Positions 1-8,716 of a stretch of 64,000 nt of DNA are shown in pieces. The position numbers and the translations under genes are program-made. The stretch spans positions 34,840 through 98,839 of the forward strand of contig JBDRBF010000002.1 in the NCBI GenBank assembly GCA_043822925.1. Reading direction: 5' to 3'. The notes under the pieces are model-generated. The model was not told the origin of the DNA, did not search any database, and worked only from the letters and a program-made list of their open reading frames with translations. How positions within the stretch are numbered: the first letter of the stretch is position 1; each line of letters begins with the position of its first letter. The stretch is from a bacterium. GTDB lineage: Bacteria > Babelota > Babeliae > Babelales > RVW-14.

Positions 1-275
1 CTGACTCGTATGGTTTTACTCAAGCGCTGCGTGCCAATAGGTTATCTGATACAGATAGCATGCTGCTGGCTGATTCTTTACTCGCGCACTTTGCGCATAA
101 AGTAACAGAATATGTGAATAATTCTGAACTTGTTCAAGACGCGCAGCAAACGACCCAATACGTACAGGCTCAAAAAGCGATAGAAGTTATCACGCATCAT
201 ATGCGCAAACCGCCGCAGTCTGGCAGTTCTGAGTTGTTCTGGAAAAATTTGTTCTTACACTTTCCTCGCCCGTAA
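1..275 (+). CDS. 3' end of a hypothetical protein, truncated by the window start
   Basis: The frame of ORF 60..275 stays open back to position 3 (DSYGFTQALRANRLSDTDSM...) and stops at 273-275. No motif recognised. Confidence 0.6.
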   Translation, partial: DSYGFTQALRANRLSDTDSMLLADSLLAHFAHKVTEYVNNSELVQDAQQTTQYVQAQKAIEVITHHMRKPPQSGSSELFWKNLFLHFPRP

Positions 276-314
276 TATGGTTATGCATTATTTTTTCTTA
301 TGTTTTTTTTATTC

Positions 315-383
315 TGTCGTCATCCTGACCGTGCCCGGCGTAGCCTTGTGCGAAGCCTGGGTCTCGATCTGGGATCCAAGTCC
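315..383 (+). repeat. Family-A palindrome interrupted by a family-B palindrome (329-361)
   Basis: tgtcgtcatcctga-[ccgtgcccggcgtagccttgtgcgaagcctggg]-tctcgatctgggatccaagtcc; the flanks match the copy at 420-455. Confidence 0.85.
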
Positions 384-419
384 TATTTCCTTCCTACCTA
401 TTTTTCCCCTGCTCTATTC

Positions 420-455
420 TGTCGTCATCCCAGACTTGATCTGGGATCCAAGTCC
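420..455 (+). repeat. Family-A palindromic repeat, left arm around the GIY-YIG gene
   Basis: tgtcgtcatcccagacttgatctgggatcca (420-450) is the exact reverse complement of 829-859. Confidence 0.95.
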
Positions 456-485
456 ATATAAAACTAAAAAATAGGGGTATCAGTA

Positions 486-791
486 ATGAAAATATACGTT
501 GTTTACATTCTTACGAATAAACCACGTGGTACATTGTATGTAGGGGTTACTAATAATTTAAAATGTCGAATGCGAGAGCATAGGCTTGGGTTGGTTGATG
601 GGTTTACTAAAAAATATGATTTAAAAATGTTAGTGCATGTTGAGCAGTCTGATTCTGCCATTAGTGCGATATCCAGAGAGAAACGACTTAAAAGTTGGAA
701 TCGGAAGTGGAAAATCGATTTGATTGAAGAGAATAATCCGACGTGGGAAAACTTGTACGAAAAGATTTTTGGTCCTGATGATGAGGAATAA
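486..791 (+). CDS. Stand-alone GIY-YIG nuclease family protein
   Basis: YVVYIL...TLYVGVTNNLKCRMREH...AISREKRLKSWNRKWKIDLIE: Tyr/YxG motifs plus the catalytic Arg, His and Glu; GGGG RBS-like site upstream. Confidence 0.95.
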   Translation: MKIYVVYILTNKPRGTLYVGVTNNLKCRMREHRLGLVDGFTKKYDLKMLVHVEQSDSAISAISREKRLKSWNRKWKIDLIEENNPTWENLYEKIFGPDDEE

Positions 792-792
792 T

Positions 793-859
793 GACCCAGG
801 CTTCGCCAAGGCTACGCCGGGCAAGCTCTGGATCCCAGATCAAGTCTGGGATGACGACA
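793..859 (-). repeat. Family-B (793-826) plus family-A (829-859) repeats, inverted relative to the upstream copies
   Basis: 793-823 is the reverse complement of 332-363 with one indel; 829-859 is the exact reverse complement of 420-450. Confidence 0.95.
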
Positions 860-951
860 TTTATGATAAATAATGAGAATAGGACGATAGAAATTCAGGA
901 TGTTTTACTATAAAGAATTAGGCTGTTTTATATGCCCATAGGCAATAGGCT

Positions 952-1779
952 ATGACCAGAATTAAAAATTATCTTCTACAATTTGTTCAGATGCAGTTAA
1001 TAATCACGATAATCGCGTTGCCTATATTAATACACTGGGGCCTGTCGATGTCCGTGATGTCTCTTGTCGGTAATTTTATTTTTACGCCGATATTTGCGCT
1101 GGTTATTATCCTGAGCTCGCTTATCTTTTATACAGAGCTTCTGTGTATCCCCAACAGTTTTTTAGTAACCTGTTATGAGCATGTGATATCTTTTTGGGAC
1201 AGAATTTTGGATATCGGCCAAAAGTCTTGGCTTGTTGAGTATGCGCACCCGGGGCTTTGGGTGCTTCTTTCTATCCCACTTATTACTATTCTGTTTTTGT
1301 GTTCAAGAAGAGTAAATACGATATATAAGCGTATTTTGGGCATGTTTATTATTCTTGTTTTGAGCACGGTTGTGCTTTCGTACATTCAGGTGCAAAAAGT
1401 AAAAAGTTATACGCACGATTTTAATCACGAAGATTTTGTGATTAAAATAAATTCAGACAAAACGCTTACGTTTATAGATAACGGTTTTTTTAATTCTAAA
1501 CGCTCGCCGGAAAAAGTGGTCGAGTTTGAACTCAAGCAGTTTATAACGAAAAAATATGGTTCTACTGTTTTTGCTGAACTTATACTTATGCGTCCGGGCT
1601 TTCGCAGTTTTGAGGGTGCGTATGCATTTTGTCAGCAATTTCATGTGAGAAAAGTTATTATGTCTGAGCTTACAGAAGCTAAAAAAAAGAAGCTGACCAA
1701 CCAGGGTTGGTCAATCTTCTTTAAATTCACTGATTATTTGCGGGATAATAATATTGAGCTGAGTTCTTTGTTTAAATAA
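952..1779 (+). CDS. ComEC/Rec2-like membrane protein (C-terminal part of the competence domain plus a degenerate soluble domain)
   Basis: QLIITIIALPILIHWG...SLVGNFIFTPI resembles the late transmembrane region of ComEC; multiple hydrophobic helices. Confidence 0.55.
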   Translation: MTRIKNYLLQFVQMQLIITIIALPILIHWGLSMSVMSLVGNFIFTPIFALVIILSSLIFYTELLCIPNSFLVTCYEHVISFWDRILDIGQKSWLVEYAHPGLWVLLSIPLITILFLCSRRVNTIYKRILGMFIILVLSTVVLSYIQVQKVKSYTHDFNHEDFVIKINSDKTLTFIDNGFFNSKRSPEKVVEFELKQFITKKYGSTVFAELILMRPGFRSFEGAYAFCQQFHVRKVIMSELTEAKKKKLTNQGWSIFFKFTDYLRDNNIELSSLFK

Positions 1780-1793
1780 TTGAGACTATTATT

Positions 1794-3923
1794 TTATTTA
1801 AATCGATCTTCCCATTCTTTATTGTAATAATTGCCGCCTTTAATTTGAGTATTGTTCTCTTCCACATTATACTTTACTTCAAATCTATAATTATATTCGT
1901 TGTATTCTTTGTTCCATTCATCTGGTTCGTATAAAACTTGATACCATTCTAAATTTTTGGTATAGGGTGGCACGTTAAATACGCCAAGATTGAATTCTTT
2001 ATTTATTACATCAAGTATTTCTTGGAGTTCTGTTTTGGATTTTGTTGTAATTTTGAGTTCTGGAACATCAACAAAAACGTCTTGCCTTGTTTGTTTGTTT
2101 TCTCCTGCGTAAAACTTTTTTATTTCTGTTGTTATAGTTACTTGAGGATCCGATACTATAAGTTTTTCTTTAAGTTGTTTTGAGTATTCGTAAATATATT
2201 CGTCAGGCTTATTTCCCGGTTTGGGATATTTGATTGGTCTGGTATCGTTTTCGGCCATGTATTTGGTGAAAAAGGTGAAATCTAGGTTGACTTCTTTGCC
2301 AAAACGAATTATGAAAGTTGTGTTATTTTGAGGTTGATTTGCTTCGGATGAATAAATATATCCGTTGCGACAAGCCCATGTATGATGTTCTCTTATTCTG
2401 TGATCCAACTTTGCTTGGCCGGGGGCATCGGTGTGTCGGCATCCAAAGCAGAATTTTGGATGTCCACATGGGTTGATCATTTGGCAAGCTCCCCCTCTAC
2501 CACCAGATTGTCCACATTTTGGACAGTTTTGTGTGTTTAAAAAGAGAGATTGCTCATTCCTTTCTTTTTCTTGGGCTTCTTTTTTTATTTCGTTTGGATC
2601 TTTTTTTATTTGGCATTCGTTTTCTTTATGGAATTTTTTACACGCTGGATGATATTTGTTCAAGCAAGGGTGACCCTGTTCGTTTTGCCCGAAGCAGTTG
2701 ATTTCAATCATAGGATTAATTTCGTGGAAGCTTTGTCCATTTCCTAAGCGGTAATATTCGTTGCAAAGTGAGCATTCTCTATAATTTTCGTCAGTATTAT
2801 TTTTTTTGGCTTTGGATCTTTTTGCTAGAAATTTAAGCCTATTTATTCTTTCTTTTTTCTCCATGAGTCTCCCCCCTCCTATTTTTCCTTCCCCTAAGTC
2901 AAATCCTCCAACTCTTCCATCGGTTACTATTTTTTCTAACTCTTCATCACTATCAGAGATGAGGAAGTTGCGGTGTTTGGGGTCAAAACAGGTCAATTCT
3001 GTTCCTTCATCGAGGTCAAGGATCCTTTGAATAGGGCAACCCCATGCGCTATTGAATTCATCAAGGCAGTACATGGTCTCTTGACCAGGTTTATTGCAGC
3101 CACATTTTAATTCGGGGAATTCAGAAAGTGGTTTTTCTTCGAGGCAGATGTTGCATTTTTTCATTTCTGGTTTGAGAACATCCTTATTGAGTAATTCTAT
3201 TCTGTCTTTTTTTGTCTTGTCTGTTCCCCCAGATATAAATACCTCCCCCCATTGATTTATGTTTGGATATCCTCCTGTGATTCCATTAGTTACTATTTTG
3301 TCAAAATCAGTATCTCTAATAAGTCTGCTGCATCCAACGCATTTTAATAATGTCCAGTTATTACCATCAATGGTTGCCCAAATGGGTCCTTGAACTTTAT
3401 TGTATTCATTCTTGCAATAAAACTTTTTATTCTTAGGGGCGTTGCAGCCACATAGTAATTCTGGGAACTTACTTGCATCTTTTTCTTTCTTGCATAGTTC
3501 GCAGGTTTTACGGGTGAGGCGTTCTTTTTCCAGTTCTGTTTTCCATTGTGTTCTCTTCTCTTCTAGCTTTTTTTCCTGTTCCTCGCTTTTTTCGATTTCT
3601 TTTCGGGCTTCTTCTTGTTCTATTTTTTCTTGTTCTTCTCGTGCTTTTCGTTCTTCGTCTGTTTCTACTGCGATATCTACGTTGGGTTCAGGTTTAGGTT
3701 CAGGAAGAATTGGGTTGACAGGTTTTGGGTCTTTAGGTTTATCTGGTTTATTAGGTTTTGCGAGTTTTTGTTTTGCATTATTTAATGAGCCGCTGAGTGC
3801 GACTAATTTTTGCTTAAGTGTAGTCAGGCTTTGTTTAAAGGTTTCTATTTTTTTTTCTATGCCAGAAATTTTATGTACACCAAAAAGACAAAATAGGGTT
3901 AAAATAAATAATATTTTACGCAT
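1794..3923 (-). CDS. Secreted Cys-rich protein, RING-between-RING (RBR) E3 ubiquitin ligase-like
   Basis: Signal peptide, Pro/Lys linker and coiled coil, then two RING1-like units (aa 141-198, 257-317), an IBR-like unit (384-437) and a RING2-like TQNCPKCGQSGGRGGACQMINPCGHPKFCFGC. Confidence 0.7.
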   Translation of the reverse strand: MRKILFILTLFCLFGVHKISGIEKKIETFKQSLTTLKQKLVALSGSLNNAKQKLAKPNKPDKPKDPKPVNPILPEPKPEPNVDIAVETDEERKAREEQEKIEQEEARKEIEKSEEQEKKLEEKRTQWKTELEKERLTRKTCELCKKEKDASKFPELLCGCNAPKNKKFYCKNEYNKVQGPIWATIDGNNWTLLKCVGCSRLIRDTDFDKIVTNGITGGYPNINQWGEVFISGGTDKTKKDRIELLNKDVLKPEMKKCNICLEEKPLSEFPELKCGCNKPGQETMYCLDEFNSAWGCPIQRILDLDEGTELTCFDPKHRNFLISDSDEELEKIVTDGRVGGFDLGEGKIGGGRLMEKKERINRLKFLAKRSKAKKNNTDENYRECSLCNEYYRLGNGQSFHEINPMIEINCFGQNEQGHPCLNKYHPACKKFHKENECQIKKDPNEIKKEAQEKERNEQSLFLNTQNCPKCGQSGGRGGACQMINPCGHPKFCFGCRHTDAPGQAKLDHRIREHHTWACRNGYIYSSEANQPQNNTTFIIRFGKEVNLDFTFFTKYMAENDTRPIKYPKPGNKPDEYIYEYSKQLKEKLIVSDPQVTITTEIKKFYAGENKQTRQDVFVDVPELKITTKSKTELQEILDVINKEFNLGVFNVPPYTKNLEWYQVLYEPDEWNKEYNEYNYRFEVKYNVEENNTQIKGGNYYNKEWEDRFK

Positions 3924-4067
3924 TCTTGCCCCGATCAGGTTAAGTAATGTTGTTTACTCTTTTCTCCAATTCACATTGAATATTTTCTATAATTTAATCT
4001 AGCAAGAAAAAATTTTTGTGTAATTGTTTTTAAAAAAACATAGAAATCTCTATGGTTAAAGCCATAT

Positions 4068-4098
4068 CCGTCTTGACTGGAAGCTTCGACGTGAGAAG
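4068..4098 (+). repeat. Degenerate family-B-like palindrome
   Basis: gtcttgactggaagcttcgacgtgagaag resembles the reverse complement of 7679-7706. Confidence 0.5.
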
Positions 4099-4109
4099 AA
4101 CCTCGTGTT

Positions 4110-4688
4110 TTAACATGAGGCTTTTTTGCGAGTTTCTTCTATTTTTTTTAATTCGTTAGTAACATCACGTCGATAGAGTTGGTAGATAGCAAGATGAATA
4201 GGTTCGGGGGATATTATTGGGTGAAGGGCGTCTTTTTCTCCGATTTTGGTGAGCCCGTGTTTCCTGTAAAACCCGTCTGCTGATTCTAGCGTGTCTACTT
4301 CTATGGTGTGTAGGTGTGGGTAATAGTCAAAAAGAGAGAGCATGAGCCGCCAAGCCAGACGTTGGCCTTTATATTCAGGCACTGTGCCTAGATAATCGAC
4401 ATATAATTCGCCGGGTCTGTCTTCATAAAAGTTGCCTAAAATAAAAGATATTACGTTATTTTGTTCGTCTTTTATTGCGTGAAAATAATAGTTGAGATCA
4501 CGTTTCTCGAGTGATTCGAGAACTTTTGGGAAGTAGTCGATCCAGTCTTGTTGTGTTTTTTCTTTTTCAAAAGACAAATTATAGGCGATATAGGTGTTTT
4601 TAAAATCTTCAAGATTGTTATAAGAGATCAAGAGCTTTTCGTTTTTTTTAGTGATAAAAACATCGCAGGTATTGTTATTATTGCTCAC
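4110..4688 (-). CDS. GNAT family N-acetyltransferase
   Basis: YLGTVPEYKGQRLA and FYRKHGL motifs. The start is set at GTG 4688, after an AAGGAG RBS (ORF track starts at 4721). Confidence 0.85.
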   Translation of the reverse strand: MSNNNNTCDVFITKKNEKLLISYNNLEDFKNTYIAYNLSFEKEKTQQDWIDYFPKVLESLEKRDLNYYFHAIKDEQNNVISFILGNFYEDRPGELYVDYLGTVPEYKGQRLAWRLMLSLFDYYPHLHTIEVDTLESADGFYRKHGLTKIGEKDALHPIISPEPIHLAIYQLYRRDVTNELKKIEETRKKASC

Positions 4689-4721
4689 GTTTTCTCCTTT
4701 ATATTGGGCTATATTGCGCAA

Positions 4722-5576
4722 TTAAATTTCACTGAGTTTTTCTTTTTTACGTGCTTTTTTTTCTTTTACTAGTTTTTCTGCATTTTCTCTTGTTAATTCG
4801 TAAACAGGATACATCTTTCCATCTGCTAAGTATTTTTCTACCTCTAATGTTTCGCCAATTTTTACAAAACCGTGTTTTAGATAAAATTTTTCTCCGGCTT
4901 GGGAAATGGCTATGCCTTGAATTGATTTTTCCATAGGATAACGGTCAAAAATAGATAACATTATTTGCCAAGCAAGATCTTTATGCGCAAAAAGAGGGTG
5001 TGTTAGTGTGGTATGACAAAACCACTCGCTTTTGAACTTTCCGTATCGACATGAAATGATTGTATTATTATCATCTACTATTGCATGAAAATAAAATTTT
5101 AAATCATTCTTTTCGAGTGATTTAATAAGGTTTTCGTGGTCTTTTATCCATTTCTCTTTTGTCCACGCATCTTGCCCTGTTCTTTTAAATGCCACGTTTT
5201 CAAGTTCCCATGTATTTTTGAAAAGTTCAGGGTCGTTATAAACAAATTTGAGATGGTTAGTTTTTTTTGATTGAGATTCTTGTTCAGGTATTTCTGTTTT
5301 GATTAATTGGTAAATTTTGTTTTTTACTGAAAACTCGAGGTTTTCGCAAAGAGGTTCATTGAGCGTTAAGTTTGCAAAATCTTTTTCAAGTTCGTTTATT
5401 TTATAAAACGTTGGGTTTTTTTGTGAGAGAAGTGGGTTTGAGCTTGTGAATAAGGTTCTTTTGTTTGTCTGAGCTCGTAAGTGGTAATATTTTTGCATGG
5501 CTTGTGCTTCAAAGCATAGTGTTGCTAGTGGTACGAATAAAAGCGTGAAATATAATAGTTTTTTGTTCATAGTCAT
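4722..5576 (-). CDS. GNAT-fold protein with an N-terminal signal peptide; paralog of the downstream GNAT
   Basis: Signal-like N-terminus. Shares SLEKxDLxxYFHAIxDxxNxxIS, LAWxxMLSxFDxYP and FYxKHGxxKIGE with 4110..4688. Confidence 0.75.
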   Translation of the reverse strand: MTMNKKLLYFTLLFVPLATLCFEAQAMQKYYHLRAQTNKRTLFTSSNPLLSQKNPTFYKINELEKDFANLTLNEPLCENLEFSVKNKIYQLIKTEIPEQESQSKKTNHLKFVYNDPELFKNTWELENVAFKRTGQDAWTKEKWIKDHENLIKSLEKNDLKFYFHAIVDDNNTIISCRYGKFKSEWFCHTTLTHPLFAHKDLAWQIMLSIFDRYPMEKSIQGIAISQAGEKFYLKHGFVKIGETLEVEKYLADGKMYPVYELTRENAEKLVKEKKARKKEKLSEI

Positions 5577-5684
5577 ATCCTGAATTTAAGTATAATAAAT
5601 TAGTGAAAAAGCATGTAAAATAAAGCATATTTTGCGTTGTTTAGTTATAGCAAGAAATTGGTATATAGCAATAAAATGATCGGT

Positions 5685-6779
5685 TTAGCGTTGTTTTTGA
5701 TCTAAAAAAATAGAAAATGGTTCGTTCTGAAATATAAATTTATAGGCTGCATGGCATAGGGGCATGTGTAGGTTGTCGCGTTCAATTAGTTCGCGCAGAG
5801 AGAGCAGGGTATTAAGCCCTTCGGGAAGCGTCTTAAAATTGAGCGATAAATTTTCTATAGATCGGTCTTGGGCGAGCAAGCGTCCAGCTTTGAGGTTTTT
5901 GCCGAGAGTCCCAGTGCAGCTTAAAATTAAATCGCCCAAGCCTGATAGCCCGTAGGCTGTTTGCGGGTCGCCACCGAGATGTTTGATCAAGTAAGCAATT
6001 TCACGCAGGCCCTGAGTTATTAAATAAGAAGCGGTATTTTCTTTATGTCCAGATCCGTAGGCGATGCCTATAATTAGCGCAAAAACATTTTTGATGGCGC
6101 CACATATTTGTGTGCCTATTGGGTCTTGTGACGGGAACGTCTTAAAATAATTATTATTAAGAAGCGTATCTAATTGGGTAATAAGTTTAGAATTTGTGCT
6201 TGCGATAGTTGCTGTTGTAAATTGTCTGTCGGCCAGTTCTTTGGCGAAACTTGGGCCACCAAGTACGGCATAATTTATTGGTGCTTTTAATACGTCTTGA
6301 ATTATTTGGGATGGGAGTAAGCGTGTTTTTTGTTCGATGCCCTTACTCAGGATTACCCAGGATGGGGCGCGCCCTTCGACAGGCTCCCAGGCTTCGCGTG
6401 AAGCTTCGCCGGGCACGGCAGGGTGAGTGCTCATGCTGAGTTTATCGAAGCATGAAGGGCAGGCCAGTCTGGGATGACGACATGTAGGGTCGGTTGCTAA
6501 AACTTGTTCAATAATTTGGCGTAAAAATTTGACGGGAATAGCTTCGAAAATTAAGCTTGCGCCGGTTATGGCTTCTTCGAGATTTGTTGTTGCGTTAATT
6601 TTTGGGCTCAGCGTAATATCAGGTAAATACTGGCTGTTTGTGTGTTGCTTGGTTATTTCGTAGGTAATTTCTGGTTCATGGCACCATAGGGTTACATGGT
6701 GGTCGTTGTGGGCCAGGAGCGTCGCGATAGCTGTTCCCCAAGCGCCTGCGCCAAGTATTGTTATTTTTTGTTCAGACAT
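5685..6779 (-). CDS. gpsA: NAD(P)H-dependent glycerol-3-phosphate dehydrogenase with a repeat-derived in-frame insertion
   Basis: GAGAWGTA, SKGIE, GPSFA, GAIKNV and GLSGLGDL motifs. Confidence 0.96.
   Translation of the reverse strand: MSEQKITILGAGAWGTAIATLLAHNDHHVTLWCHEPEITYEITKQHTNSQYLPDITLSPKINATTNLEEAITGASLIFEAIPVKFLRQIIEQVLATDPTCRHPRLACPSCFDKLSMSTHPAVPGEASREAWEPVEGRAPSWVILSKGIEQKTRLLPSQIIQDVLKAPINYAVLGGPSFAKELADRQFTTATIASTNSKLITQLDTLLNNNYFKTFPSQDPIGTQICGAIKNVFALIIGIAYGSGHKENTASYLITQGLREIAYLIKHLGGDPQTAYGLSGLGDLILSCTGTLGKNLKAGRLLAQDRSIENLSLNFKTLPEGLNTLLSLRELIERDNLHMPLCHAAYKFIFQNEPFSIFLDQKQR
6372..6482. repeat. Composite C/B/C/B/A repeat inserted in frame in gpsA
   Basis: cccttcgacaggctc-[ccaggcttcgcgtgaagcttcgccgggcacggc]-agggtgagtg / ctcatgctgagtttatcgaagca / gaagggcagg / agtctgggatgacgaca (last part identical to 843-859). 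Confidence 0.9.
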
Positions 6780-6801
6780 TTAGCTATTCCCGTTAAAAAA
6801 A

Positions 6802-7491
6802 TTACTTACCAAAGTTTCTCTGTATTGTCGTAAATTTTTCTAAACATTTTTTTAAGATATCTTCAGTGACGTCTGGCCAGAGTTCTTCAAGAAATAAAAA
6901 TTCGCTGTAGGCTGCTTGATATAATAAAAAGTTACTTATTCGGGTGAGCCCACTGGTGCGTATAATAAGATCTGGGGCTGGAATGTCTGCTGTCCAAAGA
7001 GATTTTGCAAATAGATCTGTTGTAATTTCTGAGATGTTTAGTGTGCCATCTTTTACTTGTTGTGCGAGTTTTTTTGTGGCGTGAACGATTTCTTGTTGTC
7101 CACCGTAACAAAATAATAAATTGAGATTTAGCTGCGTACAATCTTTTGTTGCTTCTTCAGCGTTTTTAACGGTGATGTTTACAACCTCTGGAAATATGCT
7201 TCTATCGCCGATAAAGCGAACGCGTATATTTTCTTTGATTAAGCTTGGGAGTTCTTTGGTTAATTGTTTTGAAAAGAGCTCTTCAAATAGATATCTTTTT
7301 TCTTGTTCTTCTCGTGTAAAGTTTTCGAGAGAAAAGATGTAAAAAGAGAGATGTTTAATATTGTTTTTGATGCTAAATTTGATTGATGCGCGTATTGCTT
7401 CCAGGCCAGCTTTGTGTCCTAAAAATGTTTGGAGTTTGTTTTTTAAAGCCCATCGGCGGTTGCCATCTGGGATTATTGCAAGATGTTGCAT
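6802..7491 (-). CDS. uppS: Undecaprenyl diphosphate synthase
   Basis: HLAIIPDGNRRW, FSLENF and DLIIRTSG..RISNFLLYQAAYSE motifs. Confidence 0.96.
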   Translation of the reverse strand: MQHLAIIPDGNRRWALKNKLQTFLGHKAGLEAIRASIKFSIKNNIKHLSFYIFSLENFTREEQEKRYLFEELFSKQLTKELPSLIKENIRVRFIGDRSIFPEVVNITVKNAEEATKDCTQLNLNLLFCYGGQQEIVHATKKLAQQVKDGTLNISEITTDLFAKSLWTADIPAPDLIIRTSGLTRISNFLLYQAAYSEFLFLEELWPDVTEDILKKCLEKFTTIQRNFGK

Positions 7492-7678
7492 AAAAAGCCT
7501 TTATGGTTTCAAGCTATGTGAGCTTAGGTTTTTCTTGGGTGTGCTCAAGAGCGTTTTTTACGATTGCTTTATACTACATGAACTACGGTTTCTTGCAATG
7601 TTTTACCTCGTGTTAATTCGTCTGAGCTAAGGCTTGTATGTGACAAGAACTTTGGGCTGGCAAGAGCGTTTCAGGCGA

Positions 7679-7706
7679 CCTGTCACGTCGAAGTTTCAGT
7701 GAAGAC
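7679..7706 (-). repeat. Family-B-like palindrome
   Basis: Reverse strand reads gtcttcactgaaacttcgacgtgacagg, ending in CAGG like other B copies. Confidence 0.55.
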
Positions 7707-8025
7707 TAATTGCTTTAAGGTCTTGCAAGCCTATGGTTTCAACTATAGGAATTACCAAAAAAAGAAGCTTTTTGAGCTTTTAGGCCATATTTTGGGGCTC
7801 CATTTGAGTTTAATTGGTTTTTGCTATATTATTTAAATATATGAATAAAATAATAAATCGTCAGTTTGCCACAAATGTTGTGGCATATCTCAGAACCAAT
7901 TTCCCCATAAGTTTCAAAATCGTATACTTCGTTATCAGCAATGATGTATCTTATGTATACAAAATAACGAGTGGTGCGGGGGTTTTGATGCCCATTGGAA
8001 ACATAATTATGGAAGGGGGAAAATC

Positions 8026-8709
8026 ATGGATATTATAAAAGGGAACGTCAAAGCGATAATTTTCGATATGGACGGGACCATTCTTAAGACGGAGCACATT
8101 TGGAACCAAGTGTCTCGCGAAGTACTGACGCATTGTGGTATTGCTACGTTGTCTCAAGAATCCGAAGTTTTATTAGATTCTTTGAGCGGGTCTTCGTTGC
8201 TCAAGGCAGCAACATTGATGAAAGACGTGTTTAAATTGCCGCAGACAGAAGAAGAAATTCTTGATTTGCACATTAAGTTGTCAAATAAGTTATTTGAAGA
8301 GCGATGTGAATTTATTGAGGGATTTGAAGAATTTCATAAGCAGATTAGTTCTTATGCTATTCCAAGTAGTATTGCGACGAACGCTCATCATGATAATCTT
8401 AAGGGAATTGTTAAGGTTATGAGTTTAGATTCGTTTTTTGGTGAGAATATTTATTCTCCTATTCATGTGAATAATAAGTTTAAGCCAGATCCTGCATTAT
8501 TTTTACATGCGGCAAAAATGTTGAATGTAAATCCTGCTGAATGTGTTGTTTTTGAAGATTCTGTGTATGGATTTCAGGCTGCAAATGCTGCTGGCATGAA
8601 GTGCATAGCTATAAAAAATAAGCTTAATGCGCCACAGCTTGAGAATTATCAGTTGCACAATGCGATTGAAACGTATCACGATGCGCTTGAAGCTTTACGC
8701 AAAGTTTAA
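8026..8709 (+). CDS. HAD family phosphatase (beta-PGM/CbbY-like)
   Basis: FDMDGT, KPDPALF and VFEDS..G motifs. Confidence 0.92.
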   Translation: MDIIKGNVKAIIFDMDGTILKTEHIWNQVSREVLTHCGIATLSQESEVLLDSLSGSSLLKAATLMKDVFKLPQTEEEILDLHIKLSNKLFEERCEFIEGFEEFHKQISSYAIPSSIATNAHHDNLKGIVKVMSLDSFFGENIYSPIHVNNKFKPDPALFLHAAKMLNVNPAECVVFEDSVYGFQAANAAGMKCIAIKNKLNAPQLENYQLHNAIETYHDALEALRKV

Positions 8710-8716
8710 CGCTGAC

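Noticed and set aside
315-455. Two direct repeats with a spacer next to a nuclease, resembling a mini-CRISPR
   Set aside because: Only two units, one interrupted, a third copy inverted, and no cas genes. This fits a REP-like layout better.
277-474. 65-aa ORF upstream of the GIY-YIG gene, and antisense ORF 630..824
   Set aside because: They are translations of the palindromic repeats and T-rich spacer (IWDPS twice) or the antisense of the nuclease gene; no RBS or independent motif.
7500-8025. Long uppS-HAD intergenic region with short ORFs and hairpins (e.g. tgccacaa...ttgtggca)
   Set aside because: No recognisable ncRNA or protein motif; apart from one B-like repeat it is consistent with divergent promoters.
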